In this document: in pieces, positions 27,605-36,476 of the stretch
Layout of the letters: each line of letters starts with the position of its first letter
Numbering within the stretch: the first letter of the stretch is position 1
NCBI GenBank assembly: GCA_964635715.1
Contig: CAZWNZ010000001.1
Span: 138,358 to 202,357 of the forward strand
Origin: an uncultured Gammaproteobacteria bacterium
GTDB taxonomy: Bacteria > Patescibacteriota > Microgenomatia > UBA8517
Length of the DNA stretch: 64,000 nucleotides
Reading direction: 5' to 3'
Program-made: the position numbers and the translations under genes
The notes under the pieces: model-generated
Seen by the model: the letters and a program-made list of their open reading frames with translations, nothing else
Database searches by the model: none
What the model was told of the DNA's origin: nothing

Positions 27605-27993
27605 ATTCTATCCTGATAATTATAACCGTAAAGGATAATAAACACCTCATCCCTGTCATTATTTGTTAATAATTCAACGCTGTAATTGTTAGTTTTAGTG
27701 ACGTCTGTTTCCAATAAGGATGCTATGGCATAGGTATTATCATCCCCAGCAATTCTATTACGAGATATTTTGCTACAACCCAGACACTTGTGAACTATCA
27801 TAAGTTCACCATCCTTCTTCAGAGTAAGTCCTATTGGTTCCATTCTTGCCCTACAATTAGATCTTCTGTCACCGGGAGCGTTGTCAAGATGTCTAGACCA
27901 CAAGCAAAGTGGACAGTGATTGCGATTCCTAGTTCCAATTGAAGTATTACTAATTATGGCGCGACAAGTCAGACATCTGAAAGACGTCTGACC
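27601..27993 (-). CDS. Zinc-ribbon protein (two CxxC...CxxC pairs), likely non-ATG start
   Basis: The ORF-track part is 27601-27903 with a TTG start. The frame stays open upstream to 27993 and adds FRCLTCRAI...HCPLC. A second ribbon CRAR...HKCLGC follows. It overlaps the DUF167 gene by 4 nt. Confidence 0.35.
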   Translation of the reverse strand, partial: GQTSFRCLTCRAIISNTSIGTRNRNHCPLCLWSRHLDNAPGDRRSNCRARMEPIGLTLKKDGELMIVHKCLGCSKISRNRIAGDDNTYAIASLLETDVTKTNNYSVELLTNNDRDEVFIILYGYNYQDRI

Positions 27994-28114
27994 ACTACAA
28001 AAGCTTTATTACTATTTCTATACATCAGACTGTATTATATCAAGTTTTATAATAATGATCTACCTTGTGTCATAAATACTTGACATATTGTAAAAAATAC
28101 TTTACATTATATTT

Positions 28115-28537
28115 ATGAACATAAAAAAATATAAACAAGCGCGTGTTTTAGTTGCCTTTTTCGTTGGGGCAATTGTGTCAGTAGCGGTAAACTTAAATAG
28201 TTATCTCCTGGCTACAGCTGGAGTACTAACAGGAATGCTATTTTTGGCCTTGGTTAGATCAAAGACAAAAATAGTTGTAGACGAAAGGGAAAACACCATT
28301 CGAGAAAAAGCCGCCCAAATGACTTATGCTATTTTTACTCCTACTGTTGGAATCGGGGCATTTTTACTTTTATTTCCGTCCCTAAGTAAGTTATCGGTTT
28401 TTTCTAAAGGTGAATTTTTATTTCTGGAGTCCTTAGGTGTGATATTTGCTTATTTGACCTTGTTTTTGATTTCCGTATATTCCATTTCTTTTTATTTTCT
28501 CAATAAAAAATACGGAGGAGGTAGTGATGAAAAATAA
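28115..28537 (+). CDS. 4-TM membrane protein (hypothetical)
   Basis: Hydrophobicity pattern only. It overlaps the downstream XRE regulator gene by 14 nt. Confidence 0.45.
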   Translation: MNIKKYKQARVLVAFFVGAIVSVAVNLNSYLLATAGVLTGMLFLALVRSKTKIVVDERENTIREKAAQMTYAIFTPTVGIGAFLLLFPSLSKLSVFSKGEFLFLESLGVIFAYLTLFLISVYSISFYFLNKKYGGGSDEK

Positions 28538-28715
28538 TTTAAAAGTTCAAAGAGCAATGCATAATTTTACACAGGAAGAATTTGCGGAGAAAATCGGAGT
28601 AACCAGGCAAACTGTAATTGCCATAGAAAGCAATAAATATTTACCGTCTTTAGGTTTAGCTTTCAAAATAGCCAAATTGTTTAAGGTAAAAATTGAAGAC
28701 ATCTTTTTTGACTAA
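28524..28715 (+). CDS. XRE-family HTH transcriptional regulator (small Cro/C1-type)
   Basis: FTQEEFAEKIGVTRQTVIAIESNKYLPSLGLAFKIAKLF. Confidence 0.8.
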   Translation: MMKNNLKVQRAMHNFTQEEFAEKIGVTRQTVIAIESNKYLPSLGLAFKIAKLFKVKIEDIFFD

Positions 28716-28719
28716 AAAT

Positions 28720-29127
28720 ATGAAAATTAAAAACATTATTCAAAAACTTTTATATATTGTCATTATCGGTATAAGTATTTTTATATTGTTTTTTGTAATT
28801 GCCTGTATCTGGATAGGTTACGATGTTAAACAAAGGTGTTTAGATGCAAAGAGTCAATACGAAGGAAATTGTACGGAAGCATTGGTAACACTCCTTAAAG
28901 ATGAAGACAGAGGTTTTAAGGACAGAAATTCGGCAATCTGGGCCTTAGGACAATTGGGGGATGCAAAAGCCCTGCCTGTATTACAAAGTTACTATACTGG
29001 CAATATTCCCGATAGAGAACCTTTAAATGCAGTGATTAGCCAGTATGAGCTTTCAAAGGCAATAAACCTTGTAAATGGGGGAACTAACATTACCGCCTTC
29101 TTCTGGCGATATGGAATTGATGATTAA
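28720..29127 (+). CDS. Membrane-anchored HEAT/PBS-lyase-repeat protein
   Basis: An N-terminal TM is followed by NSAIWALGQLGDAKALPVL. Confidence 0.4.
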   Translation: MKIKNIIQKLLYIVIIGISIFILFFVIACIWIGYDVKQRCLDAKSQYEGNCTEALVTLLKDEDRGFKDRNSAIWALGQLGDAKALPVLQSYYTGNIPDREPLNAVISQYELSKAINLVNGGTNITAFFWRYGIDD

Positions 29128-29141
29128 CAAGTCTTGCGTTT

Positions 29142-29672
29142 TTGTTGGGATTTAACGATAATGAATATATGCCCAAAACGAAGATTAAAAAAACACCCCA
29201 ATTGGGTTTGGGAAAAAAAATCGGGAAAGTTTTAATCAGTTACCTCACAACACAGTTTGTTCTAATGATTTTAGTTGGAGTGGCTTCATGGGCGATTTTG
29301 AATGCCCTTCACGTTAAATATGCAGTAATTTTAGGTATAGTTACAGGAACCTTGTCAATTATCCCAGGGTTTGGAATGATTGTTTCAACCCTGACAGCGA
29401 GCCTGGTGGCAATTTTTGATCAAGCAGTGTTTATGCCCAACGTGGCGCCATTCTTTGAGGGAGTCATTATACTTTTGATTTTTATTGTATTGAACAAAAT
29501 TGTTGATTGGATATTGATGCCCATTTTTTTAGGAAAAACCACTAAAGTTAATCCCTTAATCATAATTTTAGCGGTTATTCTTGGAACAATCTTTTTTGGT
29601 CCAGTGGGTGCAATTCTGGCAGTGCCGCTTATTTTGGTAATTAAGACCGCAGTTGAACACTTCAATAAATAA
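29142..29672 (+). CDS. AI-2E family transporter (UPF0118/PerM-like), C-terminal half only
   Basis: LSIIPGFG and NPLIIILAVILGTIFFGPVGAILAVPL motifs. At 176 aa it is about half the usual family length. Confidence 0.5.
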   Translation: MLGFNDNEYMPKTKIKKTPQLGLGKKIGKVLISYLTTQFVLMILVGVASWAILNALHVKYAVILGIVTGTLSIIPGFGMIVSTLTASLVAIFDQAVFMPNVAPFFEGVIILLIFIVLNKIVDWILMPIFLGKTTKVNPLIIILAVILGTIFFGPVGAILAVPLILVIKTAVEHFNK

Positions 29673-29710
29673 AAACCCCGCCGGTTTGGGGCGGGGAAAA
29701 GGTCTTTTTT
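29673..29710. terminator. Bidirectional rho-independent terminator
   Basis: AAAACCCCGCC-GGTTT-GGGGCGGGG followed by TTTTTT, between convergent genes. Confidence 0.7.
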
Positions 29711-29719
29711 CAGCAACCT

Positions 29720-30145
29720 TTATTTATTTGCCTTAACAGCAATTTTCTTGGGTTTTGCAGCTTCGGCAATGGGAGCTTTAATGATAACAACTCCATCATT
29801 CACTTCCGCTGAAATTTTATCACCCTTAACTGCCCTAGGAAGAGTAGTGGTGTAATCAAAGTAGCTCATCTTTTGTTGTCGATAAACTACTTTCTTAGCT
29901 TTTTTCTCTTCTTCGGTTTCTTTGGATTCGGCCTTAATTCTTAAGACTCCATCTTCGAAAGTAACATCAACCCGATCAGCTGGAATTCCGGGAACAGCGG
30001 CTTTTATAACAACATCAGTGTCTGTTTCGTAGACATCAAGACCCTCGGTTACTTTAACCATTGGCCAGTTGTCATCTTCATCAAAAGAAGAAAAGAACCG
30101 ATCGTTTAGCCATGGGCTGAAAGGATTGAATTTAACAATAGCCAT
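29720..30145 (-). CDS. Hsp20/alpha-crystallin small heat-shock protein
   Basis: Alpha-crystallin domain with VDVTFEDGVLRIKAE...AEVNDGVVIIKAP. Confidence 0.85.
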   Translation of the reverse strand: MAIVKFNPFSPWLNDRFFSSFDEDDNWPMVKVTEGLDVYETDTDVVIKAAVPGIPADRVDVTFEDGVLRIKAESKETEEEKKAKKVVYRQQKMSYFDYTTTLPRAVKGDKISAEVNDGVVIIKAPIAEAAKPKKIAVKANK

Positions 30146-30226
30146 TTATCTGTCACCCCCTTTCTGTATATTAGCAGTCTAAAACAAAGAGTGCTAATTT
30201 GTCAAGAGGTTTTTATTTGAGAAGAC

Positions 30227-30724
30227 TTACTTTTTCTTAATTGAAGCTGCTTTTTTGACTGTTTTTTTGGCCTTTTCCTGTTTAACTTTTTCGCTTTTGC
30301 CGGAATCCTTGATGGGGGCGGGCTCAACTACTTTTTCTTTAACAACCGGAGCCGGGGATAGAATGCTTAAAATTTTGTCTAATTTTACATTAATTACATC
30401 AAACTGGGCCTTATTTTGATCAAAACCTGAAGTTTGAGGCCTGAAATCTGGTCTTTCCGGTCTTCTGGAATCAGATCTTCCACCATTAATTTTTTCAAAA
30501 CAATTACTGCAATAAACCGGTTTGCCGTTTGTGGGTCTGAAAGGAACTTGGCATTCTTTGCCACATTCGCTACAGACTGCGCTAAACATTTCGTGTCTGT
30601 CTCCACCTCTACTAAATCCACCGCGTCCTCCACGATCACCACTAAATCCGCCTCGGCCAGCGTCAAAATCACGTCTGCCGAAGTTTCTTCCACCGCCTCT
30701 GTTATCTCTTCCAAAGTTTCCCAT
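30227..30724 (-). CDS. RGG-repeat plus zinc-ribbon protein (putative nucleic-acid binding)
   Basis: N-terminal RGG/GRGG repeats, CSECGKECQVPFRPTNGKPVYCSNCF zinc ribbon, Lys-rich tail. Confidence 0.5.
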   Translation of the reverse strand: MGNFGRDNRGGGRNFGRRDFDAGRGGFSGDRGGRGGFSRGGDRHEMFSAVCSECGKECQVPFRPTNGKPVYCSNCFEKINGGRSDSRRPERPDFRPQTSGFDQNKAQFDVINVKLDKILSILSPAPVVKEKVVEPAPIKDSGKSEKVKQEKAKKTVKKAASIKKK

Positions 30725-30782
30725 AGTGAATCATTGTAGCATGCTATCTCGAATAAACCTAATGCAGTATAATATTGCTCGT

Positions 30783-31763
30783 ATGCAGACCTGGAAAAAG
30801 ATTAAAAATAATCCGAATCTACTAGAACTATATTTGGTCCGGGAAAAAGTAGTCGACGCGATTAGATTATTTTTTAAAGACCAAGGTTTCCATGAAGTTT
30901 TTACACCCGTCTTGGTTCCGATTCCATCAATTGAGCCTAATTTGGAAGTTTTTAAGACGGAACTGCGAACATCGAAGGGTGTAAGGCGTGATGCTTATTT
31001 AATAATGAGTCCCGAGTTCTCAATTAAAAAACTTTTGGCAGCGGGAATAGGCAGTTGTTTTGAAATTACAAAATGCTTCAGAAATGAAGAAGAGGTGAGT
31101 GTTCTTCATAACCCTGAATTTACAATGCTTGAATGGTACAGAGTTGGCGCAAATTATTTTGATGTAATGGGTGATTTTGAAAAGCTTTTTGTTGAAATAA
31201 TTAAAAAGACAAACCCTAAAGTTGATTTAAAGAGCTGGGAATATCAGGGAAGGATCTTTGATATAACTCTTCCTTGGCCAAGAATTAGAATACCCGATGC
31301 CTTTGAAAAATATGCGGGTAAAGATGTCCTAAACGTAAATGATGAAGATTTTTATAAAATTTATTTCAACGAAATAGAACCTGAACTTTTAAAGATGGGC
31401 AAGCCTTATTTTATTTATGACTATCCGATTTCTCAGGCATCTTTATCAAAACCCTCAAAAGACCCTAGATTTGCGGAAAGATTTGAGGTTTTTTTGGGAG
31501 GATTGGAGCTTGGGAATTGCTTTTCAGAACTTACTGACGCGAATACTCAACTTGAGAGATTTAAAGAAGACAAAAGGTTTCGGCAGGCTCAGCACAAGGA
31601 AGATTATCCGATTGATATGGATTTAGTTGAAGCTCTCAAAAGCGGAATACCTACAGTTTCCGGAATTGCCGTGGGGGTAGATAGACTTATCATGCTAGCC
31701 GCTAACACGGTTTCAATTGAAGAAACACTTTTTTTTCCTGGAAAGGAATTATTCGGCCTTTGA
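30783..31763 (+). CDS. epmA: EF-P lysine-34 lysyltransferase EpmA (class II LysRS paralog)
   Basis: Class II aaRS motifs FEITKCFRNEE and GIAVGVDRLIM. NPNLLELYLVREKVVDAIRLFF aligns with the EpmA N-terminus. In-frame ATGs at 30741, 30762 and 30783 are possible; the upstream Pro-rich ORF-track extension is antisense to the RGG gene. Confidence 0.75.
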   Translation: MQTWKKIKNNPNLLELYLVREKVVDAIRLFFKDQGFHEVFTPVLVPIPSIEPNLEVFKTELRTSKGVRRDAYLIMSPEFSIKKLLAAGIGSCFEITKCFRNEEEVSVLHNPEFTMLEWYRVGANYFDVMGDFEKLFVEIIKKTNPKVDLKSWEYQGRIFDITLPWPRIRIPDAFEKYAGKDVLNVNDEDFYKIYFNEIEPELLKMGKPYFIYDYPISQASLSKPSKDPRFAERFEVFLGGLELGNCFSELTDANTQLERFKEDKRFRQAQHKEDYPIDMDLVEALKSGIPTVSGIAVGVDRLIMLAANTVSIEETLFFPGKELFGL

Positions 31764-31841
31764 AATTAAATATCCATTTGGATTAGTCTAATTCTTCTTC
31801 TTCTTGTCAAACCAATTCGTCTGGGATTAAAATACGCAGAT

Positions 31842-32411
31842 ATGGCAAATACAATTAGTGCAGGAAACATTTCAAAAGGCAGCTTCATTCTTTTTAAAGG
31901 AGCACCTGTTTTTATAACCAAGGCTGAATTTATGTCACCCGGAAAAGGCTCTCCTGTTATGAGGATTAAATTCAAAAATGTTCAGACCGGAAGCGCAGGA
32001 GAATTTACTTACAAAACAAGTGAGCAAGTCGAAGTAGCTGAAATTGAGAAAAAGGAAATGGAATATTTATACAGAGATGGAGATGAACTTTTCTTTATGA
32101 ATCCTAAAACTTACGATCAAGTTAGCATTCCGCTTGCCTTAGTTGATGAACAATTTGGATATCTTACACCAAACCTTAAGTGTTGGCTTGTTTGGTACAA
32201 AGGTAGTCCCATAGGTGCTAATTTGCCGGCACATGTAACACTTAAAGTAATAGAATCTCCTGATGATGTGGCAGGCAACCGTGTTAATGCTCCCAAAAAG
32301 ACAGTTAAACTTGAGACAGGAATTGAAGCTCAAGTCCCGCTTTTTATTAAAGTTGGGGAAAAAGTTCAGCTAGACACGGAAACGGGGATATATCTGAACA
32401 GAGTTAAATAA
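31842..32411 (+). CDS. efp: Elongation factor P
   Basis: KOW/OB domains. The SPGKGSP loop carries the Lys that EpmA modifies. Confidence 0.9.
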   Translation: MANTISAGNISKGSFILFKGAPVFITKAEFMSPGKGSPVMRIKFKNVQTGSAGEFTYKTSEQVEVAEIEKKEMEYLYRDGDELFFMNPKTYDQVSIPLALVDEQFGYLTPNLKCWLVWYKGSPIGANLPAHVTLKVIESPDDVAGNRVNAPKKTVKLETGIEAQVPLFIKVGEKVQLDTETGIYLNRVK

Positions 32412-32456
32412 GAATAGTCTTCAGGTTGTGCAACATTTCAGCTAGAATAGTAATCA

Positions 32457-33950
32457 ATGACGCTCTTGCCGACAATTTTGGTTATAATCCCTTTTCTCCT
32501 TTTAATAATCCTTCTTTTTTGGGGAAAGAAAAAGTTAGTTTGGGTATCTTTGATTTTACTCACCTTTGTTGGAATTGTGGCAGGATTTTATTGGAAAATG
32601 TATCCGTTTTTTATTCTGGGTTCAATTGAAAAGGGTTTTTTTGTAGCCTTGGATATATTTTTTATAATTTTCGGAGCGATATTTTTCCTGGAAATCCTGA
32701 AAGAAATCAAAATAGTAGAGAACATAGGTTTTTATCTGGAATCAATTTCAAAAGATCTACGGGTTCAGGTAATACTTTTAGCCTGGTTTTTTGAAAATCT
32801 TTTGGAAGGGACAGCGGGGTTTGGGACTCCTGCAACAGTAGTTGCTCCACTTTTGGTTGGGCTTGGCATAACTCCTATAAACGCTGTCATTATTTCCCTT
32901 TTAGGTAATAGCTCCGCGGGAATTTTTGGTGCGGCAGGAGCACCTATTAAAATCGGATTTGGTGAACTTGCAGGAGCCGGCCTTCCTCTGACGGCATCAC
33001 TGATCAATTCCGTAGGAATTTTAATACCTGTTTTTATGCTTTGGTTTTTGACAAAAAACAAAATTGATGGCAGGAAAAGTTTTTTTGGTGCGCTACCTTT
33101 TGCACTCTGGTCCGGGGCTGCATTTATTATTCCATCGATTTTGGTTGTACCTTTTGGTCAGGAATTCCCTTCCATTTTAGGCTCAATCTTGGGTTTTGTT
33201 ATAGTACTTATCTCAATAAAAACCGGTTTTTTAGTTCCTAAAAGTGAAACTGACTTTATCGATAGAAAAAGTTCCAATGCCGGTTTACCCCTTAAAAGAG
33301 TACTCTTCCCTTACGTTTTGCTGGTAATTCTTTTGATTGCCGGAAAATTCATTCTTGGCTCAAATGGTATTGACATACCAATACCGGTTAAACACACTTT
33401 TGCGTTCTTTAATCCCGGTTTTGTTTTTGTTCTGACGGGTCTTGTTGTGTCCTTTATCTACAGGGTCAGATCGGATATTTGCAAAAGATCTTTAAAACTT
33501 GCATTTAAAAAATCACTAAACCCGTTTCTGGTAATTGCCTTTATGTCTTCCATGGCTCAGATTATGGTTAACTCATTTCACAATAGTGTAGGACTTGTTT
33601 CTATGATTGATCTTCTGGCAGTTAATGTAAAAAATGTATTTTTACCGCTTTGGGCACCTATTGCAGGGGCTTTTGGAAGTTTTTTGACCGGAAGTGTTAC
33701 TATTTCCAATTTAATGTTTGGTAACCTTTTAGCTACTGCGGCGAAAGATTTAAGTTTTAACATCAACAGTATTCTGGCCCTGGCTCTGGTTGGGGGAGCG
33801 ATTGGTAATATGGTCGCCCTGGCGGATATTCTGGTTGCCGAAGCTGTTGTTGGCATAAAACACAAAGAAAGAGAAGTTATAAAGGGCGTAATAGTGCCTT
33901 GTTTAATTTGTCTTGGGTTAGTTGGTCTTGTGGGAATGATTGTATTTTGA
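32457..33950 (+). CDS. L-lactate permease (LctP) family transporter
   Basis: EGTAGFGTPATVVAPLLVGLGITPINAV matches the LctP signature; about 13 TM helices. Confidence 0.6.
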   Translation: MTLLPTILVIIPFLLLIILLFWGKKKLVWVSLILLTFVGIVAGFYWKMYPFFILGSIEKGFFVALDIFFIIFGAIFFLEILKEIKIVENIGFYLESISKDLRVQVILLAWFFENLLEGTAGFGTPATVVAPLLVGLGITPINAVIISLLGNSSAGIFGAAGAPIKIGFGELAGAGLPLTASLINSVGILIPVFMLWFLTKNKIDGRKSFFGALPFALWSGAAFIIPSILVVPFGQEFPSILGSILGFVIVLISIKTGFLVPKSETDFIDRKSSNAGLPLKRVLFPYVLLVILLIAGKFILGSNGIDIPIPVKHTFAFFNPGFVFVLTGLVVSFIYRVRSDICKRSLKLAFKKSLNPFLVIAFMSSMAQIMVNSFHNSVGLVSMIDLLAVNVKNVFLPLWAPIAGAFGSFLTGSVTISNLMFGNLLATAAKDLSFNINSILALALVGGAIGNMVALADILVAEAVVGIKHKEREVIKGVIVPCLICLGLVGLVGMIVF

Positions 33951-33968
33951 TGGTAATATAATCGAAAT

Positions 33969-34583
33969 ATGACTATGCAAAACACAGATAAGGATTTTTA
34001 CGGTAAACAGGATGGGGAAAGAATTCTCTATGTTGCCAAACCTCACCCCTTGGCCCTTATTTTTAAGCTCGTAAAAATATATATACTTGCCCTAATTGTT
34101 TTTATTGCGTTCTTTGTTTTGGGGACAGTACTTTTATCGGCTGGGACTTTGTTTATTGTCGGAATGGTAATAGCTGCAATAATTGCAATTGTTGGAACGA
34201 AAGTGGTGATTAATTATCAAAAGAGGGACTTGGCATATATTACCGACAGAAGATTGATTCGTTTTGAGCCGACGACTTTAGTTTCAACGAACTCCAGATC
34301 TCTGACTTGGGAAGAAGCAGTCAAGGTTAAAACCTACCCGCCGAATTTTCTTTGGAAAGAATTGGCTTTGGGAAATGTTGTGGTGCATGCAAGATCAAGT
34401 GTTACAGTCATGGAATCTCCACATTCGATAATTACAGTTGATGACATAGAAATCAATGATGTTTATTTATACAAAGACCTAGGTAACTATATAGACAAAA
34501 TCCTTTTTACTTATAAACAACGTCCTAAAGAAATGGACAATATTCATGAATTCGTTCCAAAGCCTAAAGGGGAGCGCTATTAA
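33969..34583 (+). CDS. Membrane protein with bacterial PH (bPH_2/YdbS-like) domain
   Basis: Two TM helices plus a PH-like domain, the same architecture as 3067-3672. Confidence 0.45.
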   Translation: MTMQNTDKDFYGKQDGERILYVAKPHPLALIFKLVKIYILALIVFIAFFVLGTVLLSAGTLFIVGMVIAAIIAIVGTKVVINYQKRDLAYITDRRLIRFEPTTLVSTNSRSLTWEEAVKVKTYPPNFLWKELALGNVVVHARSSVTVMESPHSIITVDDIEINDVYLYKDLGNYIDKILFTYKQRPKEMDNIHEFVPKPKGERY

Positions 34584-34614
34584 CAACAAGCAGCCAATAA
34601 CCGGTAGATAGTAG

Positions 34615-35166
34615 CTAGGATTTGGCTACAGAAAACCTTGAAAGATTTTTGAGAGCAAGCTCATAGCCTCCGAAGAAAACTCCGATATAGAATAAGTCTC
34701 CAAGAATAGTGTTTCTAAAGAACGGAATAGCTAATGTAAAACATTCGATAAGACCAGTAGGTGTTTTTGCGTACATTGATCCAAAAAACCAAACAGCGAC
34801 ATTTGTAACGATAAAAAATATAAAAGATGATGCAAGTGAAGCCATTACGATATTTTTATAGTTTTTGTGATTTTTGATCCAAAATCCAATAAAGACGGAA
34901 ACAAGAAAACACCCGTAAACAGCAAATCTCATAGGTAGCGAGTCAAATCCGATTACGAAATCGGAAAAGATCATGGCCAAAAGTGGCAACGTCAAAGCCT
35001 GTTTTTTAGTCAGGTTAGCTCCTCCAAAAAGAGCCATTGCTCCGATTGGGGCAAAATTGGGTAGATGTGGAATTATTCTTGCCACGACGCCGATGAGAAT
35101 AAAAGTCACAGGCATAGCCAATTTGCCTATCAACTCTTTATGTTTTAATAAGTATCTATTTGCCAT
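34615..35166 (-). CDS. ECF-transporter S-component-like membrane protein (vitamin uptake, unassigned)
   Basis: About 6 TM helices with an HLPNFAPIGAMALFGG N-terminal helix. Overlaps and is co-oriented with the DUF4430 gene. Confidence 0.35.
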   Translation of the reverse strand: MANRYLLKHKELIGKLAMPVTFILIGVVARIIPHLPNFAPIGAMALFGGANLTKKQALTLPLLAMIFSDFVIGFDSLPMRFAVYGCFLVSVFIGFWIKNHKNYKNIVMASLASSFIFFIVTNVAVWFFGSMYAKTPTGLIECFTLAIPFFRNTILGDLFYIGVFFGGYELALKNLSRFSVAKS

Positions 35167-35549
35167 AAGATTGAATCTCCTTTTTGAATAATGTAGCTTC
35201 CGGCTCCGACTTGGGCTTCGGATCCATTAATGACAAGTTCCCAAAATTCATGATTATCGCTATCTGCCGCGTATCCGTTTATTGATGTAACAAAAGCATT
35301 TTCAGCTTCGCCATTGGTAACAAGTTTAGTTTTAGACGCGGTTGCTTGAAGTGCAGTTTTACCAATAAAATCTGCAATATCAAAAGAAACGGAATCTGTC
35401 GTTTTGATTTCCAGCGTTGTTGAAGCTTCCTGAACCACATTATTAGTTTGATTGTTATTTTTGAGGTTAAAAGCCGAAAACTGCCAAAATCCAATTCCGA
35501 GGAGGATTATTATAATTGCGGCAAGAAGTATTTTTGTATATTTTTTCAT
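35145..35549 (-). CDS. DUF4430-domain secreted protein
   Basis: Signal/TM anchor, then FVTSINGYAADSDNHEFWELVINGSEAQVGAGSYIIQKGDSILWQ, the DUF4430 pattern. Confidence 0.55.
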   Translation of the reverse strand: MKKYTKILLAAIIIILLGIGFWQFSAFNLKNNNQTNNVVQEASTTLEIKTTDSVSFDIADFIGKTALQATASKTKLVTNGEAENAFVTSINGYAADSDNHEFWELVINGSEAQVGAGSYIIQKGDSILWQIDTY

Positions 35550-35990
35550 TCAATTGCTCCAATGTACTTTCAAAATAATTTCCGGTCAAGTGGTATTATA
35601 TAATAAGTCCCTGCTGGATAGTGCTAGGGCGCATTCAATGGGGTTTGTGAGATGTTTAAAAGCTATCTCACTGAGGGGAGGTGAAAAAGTTGAAATTTTT
35701 TAGGAAGAATCAGGAGTTTTTTTCAAAACTGTTTATGTTTGGTGCAATTGTTGGAGTCTTGTTTTCGTTTTCGGGTTGGATAGCAAGTGATATTTGGTTG
35801 GCCTCAACGCAGTGGTTGATAGTGGCGGCAGTATTAGCTTTGTTCAGTGTTTATTTAAAAAAATGAACCTGGCGGAAATAACGCGTTAATTTTGCGGAAA
35901 TTAGAGACTATATAAAAGCGATAAGGTGTTAAGACATCGAGTACAGACGGAATTGACAAAAATAAAAGAGGGTGTTATCTTTCGCTCAGA

Positions 35991-36434
35991 ATGAGTTTAA
36001 AGAAAATCATAGTTATCTCCGTCCTGTTTGCGTTGATATTGATAGTTTTCTTCTTCATTTTACCAAGATTAAAAAAAGACAAACAAGTTGAAAGCTTGCC
36101 TCCGGCAACACCTTCAGCAGAGGATCGGATTGAAGAAAAGTTCAACGGCCTGGTTATACCTGATGATGTGGAAAAAATTGAACTTAAAAATGTTTCGGGA
36201 GAGATGGCGATAGGTGTTGCAACCAAAGAGGGAATATACGCTGATCTTCCTGACTTGAAAACGGGAGAAATTTATCAGGTATTGATTACTAATGGATTAA
36301 ATACAATTGCTTTAGGTAGCTTAAGACAATCGAAAGGTGGTTATATTTTAGAATACAACCTTTCAAAATATCCGGGGTACGACACAATTTTTATTACAAG
36401 GGGTCAGGAACGTATACTCGAGGGTTCATTCTGA
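35991..36434 (+). CDS. Hypothetical membrane-anchored protein
   Basis: N-terminal TM; no assignable domain. Confidence 0.35.
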   Translation: MSLKKIIVISVLFALILIVFFFILPRLKKDKQVESLPPATPSAEDRIEEKFNGLVIPDDVEKIELKNVSGEMAIGVATKEGIYADLPDLKTGEIYQVLITNGLNTIALGSLRQSKGGYILEYNLSKYPGYDTIFITRGQERILEGSF

Positions 36435-36476
36435 AGTAGATTTAGATACTCAATTTGAGTTAATATAGTTTGATAT

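Noticed and set aside
30522-30782. Pro-rich N-terminal extension of the epmA ORF (start at 30522)
   Set aside because: It is antisense to the RGG zinc-ribbon gene (30227-30724) and has low-complexity mirror-image composition. The EpmA homology begins near the ATGs at 30741-30783.
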